Shown here piece by piece: positions 20,452 to 29,252 of a stretch of DNA of 64,000 nt. The stretch is from a virus (taxonomy: Duplodnaviria; Heunggongvirae; Uroviricota; Caudoviricetes): IMG/VR virus record IMGVR_UViG_3300021979_000001, positions 393,166-457,165 of that record; one strand, written 5' to 3'. Position 1 is the stretch's first letter. Every line of letters begins with the position of its first letter. The notes under the pieces are model-generated. The model was not told the origin of the DNA, did no database searches, and saw nothing but the letters and a program-made list of their open reading frames with translations. The position numbers and the translations under genes are program-made.

Positions 20452-21231
20452 CTATTCGGATGGCGGATAAATTTCGTTTCGTATGCTTTGCAATTTACGT
20501 TTGTGTTTCTCCGACACCATCTTTGGTATTTCCAGTTCGATTATGACATAAAAATCACCTGGAATAGTTGCCGGTATCCCTTGGTTCTTCAAACGAACCA
20601 TATCATTGTGTCCCGAGCCGGATGGTATTGATACTTTTAGCTTTTTATTAGTCGGAGTGTTAACAATGATGTCACATCCAATCATAGCGTCGAACACATT
20701 GATCGTTCGAAGACAGAATACATCCTTTCCGCGAACAGTAAACCCATTATCAGGGGTAACATGTATCTTAAGGTTAATCGAACCATGTTGTTCGTTTGCC
20801 GGATAGTATAATACCTGACCATGAAACACGCCCTTTGGTATAGGGACACAGATGTCTTGGCCGTAGCAATTTATCAATATAGTATTTTCATTATAGCATT
20901 CAGACAATGGTATTGAATGCACCATATTTATTGGACGGGATTTTGCTTTTCGCAAAATATCATCCCATTCTCGCTGTTCTCTCTTATGTATATCATTCAG
21001 ATCGAAATCCATTTTCCATTTGTAATTTTCATATACTTTGGTTTTTGGATGGATTTTTTCATGGTTCTTAACGATAGCTTCATATGCATCATTAATTTCG
21101 CGAAATTTTGTTGCTGCGTCATCTGAACTATTATGATCTGGATGATATTTTTTTGCCATACGATAGTATGCTTTTTTTACATCATCGGGTGATGCATGTG
21201 GTAATAGACCAAGAACTGCATAATGATTCAT
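20452..21231 (-). CDS. DnaJ/CbpA-like co-chaperone
   Basis: J domain with HPD (YHPD); DnaJ C-terminal domain (LKVSIPSGSGHNDMVRLKNQGIP...GDFYV); no zinc finger. Confidence 0.88.
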   Translation of the reverse strand: MNHYAVLGLLPHASPDDVKKAYYRMAKKYHPDHNSSDDAATKFREINDAYEAIVKNHEKIHPKTKVYENYKWKMDFDLNDIHKREQREWDDILRKAKSRPINMVHSIPLSECYNENTILINCYGQDICVPIPKGVFHGQVLYYPANEQHGSINLKIHVTPDNGFTVRGKDVFCLRTINVFDAMIGCDIIVNTPTNKKLKVSIPSGSGHNDMVRLKNQGIPATIPGDFYVIIELEIPKMVSEKHKRKLQSIRNEIYPPSE

Positions 21232-21593
21232 TTTTGTGATCCAGATGCTCTATCTTTGATTGCACCAATCAAGAAATCATTAATATGCTTTTGTTCTTTT
21301 ATATATCGAGTGATTTCAGCCATATTGAGTGACAATTTTTCATATCCATCGGTTGTTAATGCAAAAATAACAAAATTAGTTTGACCGGATTTTTCCACAT
21401 TATCAATGAGTTTCTGTAATTCATCAAAGTTTAATACCAACCACGTTATGTCATTATTAAGTTGCATTGGTTGTGCTTTAGGAATAACCAACGGAAGTGT
21501 GGGCGGTGTTTGAATCTGAACCGGGGTATAATCTTCGGTAGTTGAACATGCTGTTAATAGCAACACCCATAATATAATAAAAAATTTATTCAC
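21228..21593 (-). CDS. Rz1/o-spanin-like lipoprotein
   Basis: Lipobox LLTA-C followed by a Pro-rich segment; overlaps the i-spanin-like gene. Confidence 0.65.
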   Translation of the reverse strand: MNKFFIILWVLLLTACSTTEDYTPVQIQTPPTLPLVIPKAQPMQLNNDITWLVLNFDELQKLIDNVEKSGQTNFVIFALTTDGYEKLSLNMAEITRYIKEQKHINDFLIGAIKDRASGSQK

Positions 21594-22008
21594 GGCTTAT
21601 TTTCTCCAAATCATTGATTGCATTTTTGGTCGCAGTATTAACGCGTTTTTCGATCAATCCTGGCTTATGCTGTGCAAGATCAGATAGGTTATGTTTTCGC
21701 AATAACAATTCAAGATTTTTTGAGTGTGATCGTTCCGTAGATAATTGACTATCTAGATTTTCAAGTCGGGCTGTGTCTTTTTTCGATAACTCAATGAGAT
21801 TCTTAATATTATTGTTAAGTGATTCATTTGATACTTTAAGTGATTTGTTTTCATCGCTTAATGTAGTCACGTTAGTAGTAAGAGAAGAAATTTTGCTTTG
21901 TGACCAGAAGAAATATGTGGCAGCAGAACCAATAAGAATAATTAATGCAAGGACACCAATACCGATAATCCATTTAGTGGGAATAATTTTAGAAATGAAA
22001 CCAAACAT
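21586..22008 (-). CDS. Rz/i-spanin-like protein
   Basis: Single N-terminal TM helix plus coiled coil, KPGLIEKRVN motif; late promoter TATAAATA at 22038-22045. Confidence 0.65.
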   Translation of the reverse strand: MFGFISKIIPTKWIIGIGVLALIILIGSAATYFFWSQSKISSLTTNVTTLSDENKSLKVSNESLNNNIKNLIELSKKDTARLENLDSQLSTERSHSKNLELLLRKHNLSDLAQHKPGLIEKRVNTATKNAINDLEKISRE

Positions 22009-22037
22009 ATTCTTCCTGCCATATTACTGTGTTTTGT

Positions 22038-22045
22038 TATTTATA
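22038..22045 (-). promoter_or_regulatory. T4-type late promoter TATAAATA (ATAAATA core also at 736, 3158, 5814, 12311, 12761 and 16166 on minus; 26867, 28793 and 32363 on plus)
   Basis: Same motif recurs ~20-40 nt (once ~100 nt) upstream of start codons, on the coding strand. Confidence 0.7.
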
Positions 22046-22069
22046 CGATCATAAACTATTATAGTTCGT

Positions 22070-23025
22070 GGCGTGAAACCACATTCGTATTACCTTGCGG
22101 TAATACTCATGCTGGTTCCCCACCCGTTTCACTTCGTAATGAACAATCATTGCTCTTACATCGCAATGACAGTTCATTACGAAGTGAAAAGTTTTTTACA
22201 GGAATTATTAGTTAGTAATGAATGATCATCAGTATGTGATAAAGAATTATCATTTGAATAATCGTTACTAACTTATGATATTTGATTTATAATTTTTATA
22301 TATGCATCCTAGATTTGTGTCATCTTTTTATCCCCCCTGTTGGCCCAATAATATCGTGTTCATCCTATAAGACATGGTTATACATAATCCTATAGGATGC
22401 CAACACGATATTATTAGACCAACAAAGAGGATAAATTTAGTGGGAAAAAATACTTCCTGAGTTCTTAGCCACTCTCAATAAAGCGACGTAACCACATTAC
22501 ATGGTTGCTGGCGGTTTTCCGAAACCAGCTTGTTGCCGCCCTTATCCGGTCAGTTAATCACACCCATATAGAGACAGTTCGGGGATTTACCTTGCCTGTC
22601 AGGTTGATTATCTATCGACCAAAACGGTTATGAAAATAATTTATGATTTTCAAGCGCATGCACCTGGCACAATTGAGGGACCGGTGCATGTGTATAGTTG
22701 TCAAAGATGTCTAGACATAGCTATACTCTTTCATCGTGCCTTTTTCCACAACGCAATGTGTGGCAAGCGGCTGTTTACATAATCGCGCCACCGTAAGTGT
22801 GGACTATGTAACCGGCTTGTTGCTCGTTCTTGCAGGTAAACCCCGGTCAGATGATCCCGGATGGACTTACTTTGGGACGAAAGTGGCCCCGATTACTTTC
22901 TGAACGTTATGAGGGTATCGTCGATACCAAAATTAATATATGACATATCGTCGATTTGGGTCAATATAAATGTTGACGACATAACCCATCCTGGATTAGC
23001 GTTTGCAGATTACGATTTTTGCCTG
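22070..23025. ncRNA. Candidate large structured non-coding element (ncRNA and/or origin)
   Basis: ~950 bp without a credible ORF; more than 10 helices, including an 18-bp perfect arm (22127-22189), a ~40-bp imperfect arm (22327-22435) and a long-range helix 22581-22595/22832-22844. Confidence 0.55.
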
Positions 23026-23045
23026 GATCACATGGAATGGAAGAT

Positions 23046-23675
23046 ATGACATTACGCAAATATATACGTAGTCTTGAAATAGCGAAGAATATGGGATGTT
23101 TCTTTGTTTCTTTCATCAATATGGCAAAAAACTCTGACAATATTGATCGGTTTGAGACGCGCATATTTATGTCAGCATCAAAAAACATATCGCGAAAACA
23201 TTGGGAAGTGAAATACAAGGTGGCCGATATGGCTAATATGATTACGATTGTCGTATACGAAAACAAGGTAAGTATATCTGGTCCACAAACATTATTTTCA
23301 ACAAGTAGATATTGGTCACGGCGTTTGTCCAAAACGATTAACCGCATTCATGGTATGAAAACAAACAACGGCCCACAAGTAGATATTGATATTAATAATA
23401 AAACCAATCTAGTTCAAGAATTTGTTGAAAAGTATAAAGCAAATATTAGCAATAACCGGATAACAGAACTATCATATAATCGATTTCCTTATTCGGTGAT
23501 CATCACGGCACCGGAATATGGCACGGTAGATTTTTTAATAGGCATTTCATCACAATTTGTTGGTGATTTCATGTATGCACGAAAAAATGATCAACATCAT
23601 CATATTGTCTATTTTGAAAAAAACGAGGATTTCACCTTAGCTAAACTATCATTAGATCGATTAAACAGAAATTAA
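23046..23675 (+). CDS. Hypothetical protein, paralogue family A copy 1
   Basis: Shares YWSRRL, ISSQF.G.FM and VYFEK.ED motifs with the next gene. Confidence 0.7.
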   Translation: MTLRKYIRSLEIAKNMGCFFVSFINMAKNSDNIDRFETRIFMSASKNISRKHWEVKYKVADMANMITIVVYENKVSISGPQTLFSTSRYWSRRLSKTINRIHGMKTNNGPQVDIDINNKTNLVQEFVEKYKANISNNRITELSYNRFPYSVIITAPEYGTVDFLIGISSQFVGDFMYARKNDQHHHIVYFEKNEDFTLAKLSLDRLNRN

Positions 23676-23751
23676 TAAAAACGTTGATGTAATTTTTAGT
23701 TAATGGATATTGGTGATCCGTTACGTGTGGTTTTTTGAAGGGGGCTGTTTC

Positions 23752-24357
23752 ATGCATTTCGATCAATTCAATAATTATTTCAATAGTCTGAAAATGTGTC
23801 GTAGCGTAGGTCGTTTTTTTGAACATTTTATTAAAATGACAAAAAACACTGACAACCTGCGAATGTTCACCAAAGTGGGACCGACTAAAAGCCCCCGAGA
23901 TGAATGGACAATTCAGTATTTGATTTCCGGTATAAACATCAAAATTGTTGTTTGTAACGATAACGTTTCGGTGTATGGAACCGAAAACATTGAATCAGAT
24001 AGTAAATATTGGTCACGGCGCTTGCGGCGGGTTATTAAACGCGTTTACGAACAACAAATCAAGAAATCTGATACTGAAATCATTCATAAAAATATGTTGC
24101 TTGATTTTGTCAATAAACATCACATTCGTGTCACGAATGATCTATTATTGAACCTTGCTAACTCGCCATTAGAATATAGTCACTGTTTGTCGGGTGGTAA
24201 ACGAGATGTCTGTGCGTATTTGTTTTCAATTTCATCGCAGTTTACCGGTAATTTTATGTTTTATCATAAAGATAGTTTGTCAACCATGGTTTATTTCGAA
24301 AAGGAGGAGGATGCCGTGTTAACGAAAATAGCTGTTGATAGGATGAATGGTAGTTAA
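23752..24357 (+). CDS. Hypothetical protein, paralogue family A copy 2
   Basis: GAAGGGGG SD before ATG 23752; motifs as in copy 1. Confidence 0.7.
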   Translation: MHFDQFNNYFNSLKMCRSVGRFFEHFIKMTKNTDNLRMFTKVGPTKSPRDEWTIQYLISGINIKIVVCNDNVSVYGTENIESDSKYWSRRLRRVIKRVYEQQIKKSDTEIIHKNMLLDFVNKHHIRVTNDLLLNLANSPLEYSHCLSGGKRDVCAYLFSISSQFTGNFMFYHKDSLSTMVYFEKEEDAVLTKIAVDRMNGS

Positions 24358-24414
24358 AATTGGATGTGATTTTATTATCGATGCAATTGGCATATATCAG
24401 GATCAAATTATAAT

Positions 24415-25017
24415 ATGACATGGAAACTTCGTATCAAACTTATTAATGCAAACATAAAATATAATATAACTAAACAGTTATTTTGTATCAAACTGTATTT
24501 TTTTATGTTATTTCGTCCAAAATTGTTTGAAGTAGTAGTCGGTCATCTTAACAAATATATGACGGGTGATTCGGGAATTAGTGTTTCTAATAGTAAAACT
24601 GGTAATATATTATTGCCTAATACCAAATTGTATATTTCCCATCATAGATACGGAATTATACAATATATAATTTTTGAATATAAAGTTTATAATATATATT
24701 CATTATTTTGGTATAAACGATTTAATAAAATTGGGATGAAATATACCAGTGACCCGGATAAATTAAATACTGAAACCACTACCCAAACAACTGAAAAAAT
24801 TGAATCGTTAACACGTTGTTCAAAATCATTTATTAATGCGATAACACTGCCTGCATTTTCGTATCATGTTGCCTGCAAACCAAATATTGACCCTAATGAG
24901 TTTGATTACAGTTCTATTCGTGGAAAGTATTTTATTTCGAGAGGAAATGATAATATTGATCAGGTTAGCTTTGAGTATGAGGAAGATGCTGTTTTGTTCA
25001 ATATAATGATGAATTAA
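24415..25017 (+). CDS. Hypothetical protein, divergent family A copy 3
   Basis: FWYKRF and C-terminal VSFEYEEDAVLF. Confidence 0.6.
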   Translation: MTWKLRIKLINANIKYNITKQLFCIKLYFFMLFRPKLFEVVVGHLNKYMTGDSGISVSNSKTGNILLPNTKLYISHHRYGIIQYIIFEYKVYNIYSLFWYKRFNKIGMKYTSDPDKLNTETTTQTTEKIESLTRCSKSFINAITLPAFSYHVACKPNIDPNEFDYSSIRGKYFISRGNDNIDQVSFEYEEDAVLFNIMMN

Positions 25018-25026
25018 AAACGGGGA

Positions 25027-25503
25027 TCAAAATTGATCCCCTTCATTTCCCCAAAATTGTGTATCGCATAATTTTTCGAGGTTATGCAGTTTGGTGAGAC
25101 CATACCGACCATCATCACCATTGATAAAATCTAAAAATATGCGTTCCTGGATGGTAGTCAATGTCTGTTTTTGAATGGCTTTGCGTCGGTTGGCTATATT
25201 GGTAGTATATTGAGGGATCAATTCGGTCATAGTATTTTCGAGAATGGTAAACTTGATGGCAGCGGCTTTGGCGCTTACTTTGTTATCAAATGCCACATCG
25301 CCATCATCCAGTGTCATTAATGATGCGGATGCATGTAATCGAAAAATTGTGGCATAAACGCCCTGGCACACACTGATTTTTTTCATATTATCTAGCGTTG
25401 GCTGTAAATTCAGCGTTTTTTTGTTTTGCTGGGCGAATGATGAAAAGGTCATGCAGGATAGAATAATACCGAAAATTGCACCGTATTTTATGGTTGTTAT
25501 CAT
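25027..25503 (-). CDS. Hypothetical exported protein
   Basis: Start reassigned to MITTIKYGAIFGIILSCMTFSSFA (signal peptide), which removes the overlap with the divergent gene. Confidence 0.6.
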   Translation of the reverse strand: MITTIKYGAIFGIILSCMTFSSFAQQNKKTLNLQPTLDNMKKISVCQGVYATIFRLHASASLMTLDDGDVAFDNKVSAKAAAIKFTILENTMTELIPQYTTNIANRRKAIQKQTLTTIQERIFLDFINGDDGRYGLTKLHNLEKLCDTQFWGNEGDQF

Positions 25504-25585
25504 TAAAAAGGTATCCCCAAAAATATATAATACTTTATGATACAATAAATTGACGTAGAACACTAGTTTTTTGTATACTGTTTTC

Positions 25586-26728
25586 ATGAAAAAAATTATC
25601 CCTCGCCATAGTCTGTTATTGACAATTGGAACAAGCAAACCCGATCTGGATGTTGTTGCGGCCATGTTTGCGCCGCATGAAGTTGTGTGTATCGAAACCA
25701 TATCAATGATGTTGACTGGCGGATTATCGCCATCGATCATGGTGGATCATATCAGAAACCATATCACATCGGTGATCAAAACCAAGTTAGCATTGGGTGA
25801 ACGTGTCTTAGTAAAGGATTTCCATCAGACACGAGATGATCGGCTACGATATGCCAACCTGGCAGTTGCCGTTGGTGCCCCGGTATTTTATCTGTTAACG
25901 GAAAACCGGGATTGGAACTTATTGCGCGGTGATGGGTTTGCCGAAGTCATTGATATGCGTTATGCCAAATTATCATTGGTGAACAAACACATTACCCTTG
26001 ATGATATTCGCAACAATTATAATGGTATAACGGTGATGGGTGATGTTCATGGCATGCACCAAACTCTTTTATCTGCACTGACCTGGGCACGTTCACGCAA
26101 CCATTACATCATTTTTGTTGGGGATATTATTGATTATGGACCAGGCACATTGTCCGTTATGGATGAAGTGTATCAAATGGTTATGCGTGGTTCGGCGGCA
26201 TTGGTGTTAGGAAACCATGAACGTAAGATTTTCAGATGGTTGGATACATCCGGCGCGAATAATCGGGTTCGATTGAGTGACGGAAATCGGGTAACAACGG
26301 ATGCCATTGAAATACTTGATGCGGTATCCCGGTCTAAGTGGACTGGAAAAATGACTGCATTAGTCGCGCATTCTCACATTATACTTAATTATGATACGGT
26401 TACTATTGCACATGCTGCAATTGCATCTGGATATTGGTTGGGAAATAGCGACTATTTGGAAAAAACTGCGTTATTTGGTGAGTTCAGGGTAGAAAACAAT
26501 TCCCCGGTTTATACGTATGGGTGGATTAATGATATACCAATGGGCGAAACGGTGATTGTGGGCCATCAAATAATGTCGCGAAAATCACCGACTGTTCGCA
26601 CCAATGCGAATAATGGTTCTGCTATATTTTTGGATACCGGATGCGGTAAAGGCGGTCAATTATCAACGGTTGATATTAGATTTGATGATCGTGGTGGGTT
26701 GAAGGTGGAAAATTTTAATATGTTTTGA
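25586..26728 (+). CDS. Pnkp-like protein: degenerate kinase domain plus calcineurin-like metallophosphoesterase
   Basis: GDVHG, GDIIDYGP, LGNHE, AHA, VGH and LDTG motifs; N-terminal AAA_33-like region lacks an intact GxxGxGKS P-loop. Confidence 0.78.
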   Translation: MKKIIPRHSLLLTIGTSKPDLDVVAAMFAPHEVVCIETISMMLTGGLSPSIMVDHIRNHITSVIKTKLALGERVLVKDFHQTRDDRLRYANLAVAVGAPVFYLLTENRDWNLLRGDGFAEVIDMRYAKLSLVNKHITLDDIRNNYNGITVMGDVHGMHQTLLSALTWARSRNHYIIFVGDIIDYGPGTLSVMDEVYQMVMRGSAALVLGNHERKIFRWLDTSGANNRVRLSDGNRVTTDAIEILDAVSRSKWTGKMTALVAHSHIILNYDTVTIAHAAIASGYWLGNSDYLEKTALFGEFRVENNSPVYTYGWINDIPMGETVIVGHQIMSRKSPTVRTNANNGSAIFLDTGCGKGGQLSTVDIRFDDRGGLKVENFNMF

Positions 26729-26902
26729 AATGTTATGTTGAGTTTATCCTAAAAATAATTTATTGAAGCATTGTCATTCAACCTTAACCCATTGGAAAAG
26801 CATTTTGCCAACTCCAAAAATCGTCAGGTGTGGGTAAAAAATCATTAACACCGATTTTTTTCCTGCATAAATAAAAAACAGGATACAGAAAAATACGGTG
26901 TT

Positions 26903-27466
26903 ATGATGACTGATACGCTAATATTAAATAGCGACGGGATGCCCATTCGGTTTTTTACCCCAGCCATTAACTGGCGTGATGCAATCAAGATGGTATATCT
27001 TGATGAAGTATCTGTTCTTGATGTGTATGATGATTGGGAAGTTCATAGCCCATCGACAACCATCAAAGTGCCAGCGGTGGTTATGGTTCGTGAATATGTT
27101 ACCGTCAAAAATACGGTTAAGTTTTCCCGCGACATGATTTTCCTTCGTGACCGTTATATTTGTCAATATTGCGGGGAACGTTTCATGCCAGATCATTTGA
27201 CGCTGGATCATGTCATGCCGCGTTGTTTTGGTGGTAGGACCAGTTGGGACAACCTGTCATCCGCATGTGAAAAGTGCAATGGCGAACGTGGTCATAACAT
27301 CAAAATTCAACCGATGAAAAAGCCCTGGGTTCCGTCGTTATGGGAAATGGTTAAACTTCGAAAGGAGTTCCCACTTTACATCCCGCACGAATCATGGGGA
27401 TCATACCTGGATTGGCCGAAAGAAAATTTGGTGATGCGTGAAAAACCAAAAATTATGGTCAACTAA
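26903..27466 (+). CDS. HNH endonuclease (McrA-like)
   Basis: FSRDMIFLRDRYICQYCG...TLDHVMPR..GG.TSWDNL..AC.KCN. Confidence 0.88.
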   Translation: MMTDTLILNSDGMPIRFFTPAINWRDAIKMVYLDEVSVLDVYDDWEVHSPSTTIKVPAVVMVREYVTVKNTVKFSRDMIFLRDRYICQYCGERFMPDHLTLDHVMPRCFGGRTSWDNLSSACEKCNGERGHNIKIQPMKKPWVPSLWEMVKLRKEFPLYIPHESWGSYLDWPKENLVMREKPKIMVN

Positions 27467-27561
27467 AATTTGACTTTGGGGGAATAGATATGCGAATATC
27501 TATTCTCTCGAATGAACATTTATCACGACACAACAATTATACAATCAGACAAGGATACAAG

Positions 27562-27840
27562 ATGAACGAAACCACCAGCAATACTGTTGAAACCCCTACC
27601 GCCGAAACCACCACGGAAAACGCAACATTGGCGATTGCTGACATCGAAAACGCGGTGAAGGTAATTGATCATGCCTGCAATGAAGGTGCATTTAAAGGGT
27701 GGAATCTGATCGGCGAAGTTCATGTTATTCGTTCGCGGTTGGCAGCATTCGTTGAGGCAACAAAAACGGCTAAAGAAAATGCCGACAAAAATGCCGAAGA
27801 AAATACCGAAGAACCCACCAAAGAAACCCGCACTGAATAA
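27562..27840 (+). CDS. Small acidic hypothetical protein
   Basis: AAGGA SD; LAIADIENAVKVIDHAC.EGAFKG core. Confidence 0.65.
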   Translation: MNETTSNTVETPTAETTTENATLAIADIENAVKVIDHACNEGAFKGWNLIGEVHVIRSRLAAFVEATKTAKENADKNAEENTEEPTKETRTE

Positions 27841-27866
27841 TACAAATAATCGTAAAGGATTTTTTA

Positions 27867-28724
27867 ATGAGACATATTGGGCGCATTGCGCAAACTGATC
27901 AGAAAGCTGTAATATTATATATGCAGTTGCCGGATGAACCGGAACAAACACTTTTGGTTACAACAACCAACCTGCCCCACCGGTTGGAAGATCAATTAAT
28001 GAGCGTTCTGGAAAAGACAGAAGGCCAAAGTTCGTATAATTTTGCAGACATTTTGAGCAGAACCCGGTCTACCGATTCCGGTATCTCAATTTTGGAAGAA
28101 TTGCACCGTGGGAAATACATTTTCAAACAGTCTATTGACAACGTGGTAATGCTACCACGGCCCAATTATCCGATTCCATTGCGCGAAGTATTGGAATCGA
28201 TGGGTAAAATACCAAATCGGGATATTGTGAATGACTTGACCCCGGCTGAAAAGTATAACAACCATTCACGCAATAACGGCATCACTAAGCAGGAAGAACG
28301 TGACTCGGTTGCGAATAATCTGCTTCGTGAAGCATCACTGCTTGAACACGAAGCGGCAACCAAGCGCAACCAGGCATATCAGATTTCGCCGCATCTGAAC
28401 CCGAATAATAAACGTAAACAGGTGCCAACTGAACCGGCGGCGGTGCCTGTGGCAGAACAATCAGTTAATGCTGAAACCCCGCCTGTTGTTTCTAATACGG
28501 TTTCTACAGTAGCGGGAACCAGTGATGTTGATTCGGATACTGGCAATGGTAATTTTCTAACCAGTAAGCCGGATGATTATGTGCCACCAACGATTAAGAC
28601 GTTGGAAGAATTTGCAAATGCTATGGTCGTAGACGAGGCATTTCTTTCAGCACAAGAAGTGTTTCCTGATGTTGATTCATCGGGAACCGATTCATCGGAT
28701 ACTAGCGCATCCAATAACGGATAA
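27867..28724 (+). CDS. Hypothetical phage protein
   Basis: 285-aa ORF followed by a terminator hairpin at 28732-28763. Confidence 0.7.
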   Translation: MRHIGRIAQTDQKAVILYMQLPDEPEQTLLVTTTNLPHRLEDQLMSVLEKTEGQSSYNFADILSRTRSTDSGISILEELHRGKYIFKQSIDNVVMLPRPNYPIPLREVLESMGKIPNRDIVNDLTPAEKYNNHSRNNGITKQEERDSVANNLLREASLLEHEAATKRNQAYQISPHLNPNNKRKQVPTEPAAVPVAEQSVNAETPPVVSNTVSTVAGTSDVDSDTGNGNFLTSKPDDYVPPTIKTLEEFANAMVVDEAFLSAQEVFPDVDSSGTDSSDTSASNNG

Positions 28725-28826
28725 CGATAACAAGGGTCATATCAAATTTGATATGGCCCTTTTATTGGTTGCAAACAATAATTTGTCATGGCATAAATAG
28801 TTATGTCGCTTGAAAAGGGTTGAAAA

Positions 28827-29090
28827 ATGAAAAATGAAATGATTAATTCAATAATTGCAAACATGGCGAGTTCTGGTGATAACTTCGATCCGGCATATAT
28901 CAAATATGCCACTGTCCTTACTGATGAAGGTCAGGAAATCGATATTACAGGATGGGAATTACGTGATCTATTGGCAGGTGGTCAACATAAAATCATTAAA
29001 ATGTCGGTTCGTTGCGATGCAGAAAAGTTGCGAGAAGACACGAATGAACAAGTGAATATGCTGTTCAACAATGCAAAGCAATATTACTAA
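28827..29090 (+). CDS. Hypothetical protein
   Basis: 87 aa; TAAATA upstream and terminator downstream. Confidence 0.6.
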   Translation: MKNEMINSIIANMASSGDNFDPAYIKYATVLTDEGQEIDITGWELRDLLAGGQHKIIKMSVRCDAEKLREDTNEQVNMLFNNAKQYY

Positions 29091-29113
29091 CCAACCGTCA
29101 ACATCCTGCGATT

Positions 29114-29159
29114 AAAATAAAAAAGAGACACAACTTAGTTTGTGTCTCTTTTTTATTTT
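29114..29159. terminator. Bidirectional-type terminator hairpin
   Basis: AAATAAAAAAGAGACACA/TGTGTCTCTTTTTTATTT long inverted repeat. Confidence 0.75.
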
Positions 29160-29252
29160 AGTGACTGATATTAATGGACATATTCACCCGGATCGTGGTA
29201 AAAAGACCATACAAACAAAATATCACTAACTTGGATAAGGTTTTATAAAAAT

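Noticed and set aside
22070-23025. Retron msr-msd, tRNA cluster, tmRNA or self-splicing intron
   Set aside because: No RT nearby, and the order of strand-biased structures does not fit msr then msd; no cloverleaf/TTC loop, tag frame or interrupted host gene recognised
22861-23347. ORFs 22861-23049 (+) and 22961-23347 (-)
   Set aside because: The first is short, lies in the hairpin-rich region and has no recognisable features; the second is antisense to a supported paralogue-family gene
26903-27466. HNH as a mobile homing endonuclease or intron ORF
   Set aside because: Free-standing McrA-like architecture with its own late-type promoter; no interrupted flanking gene
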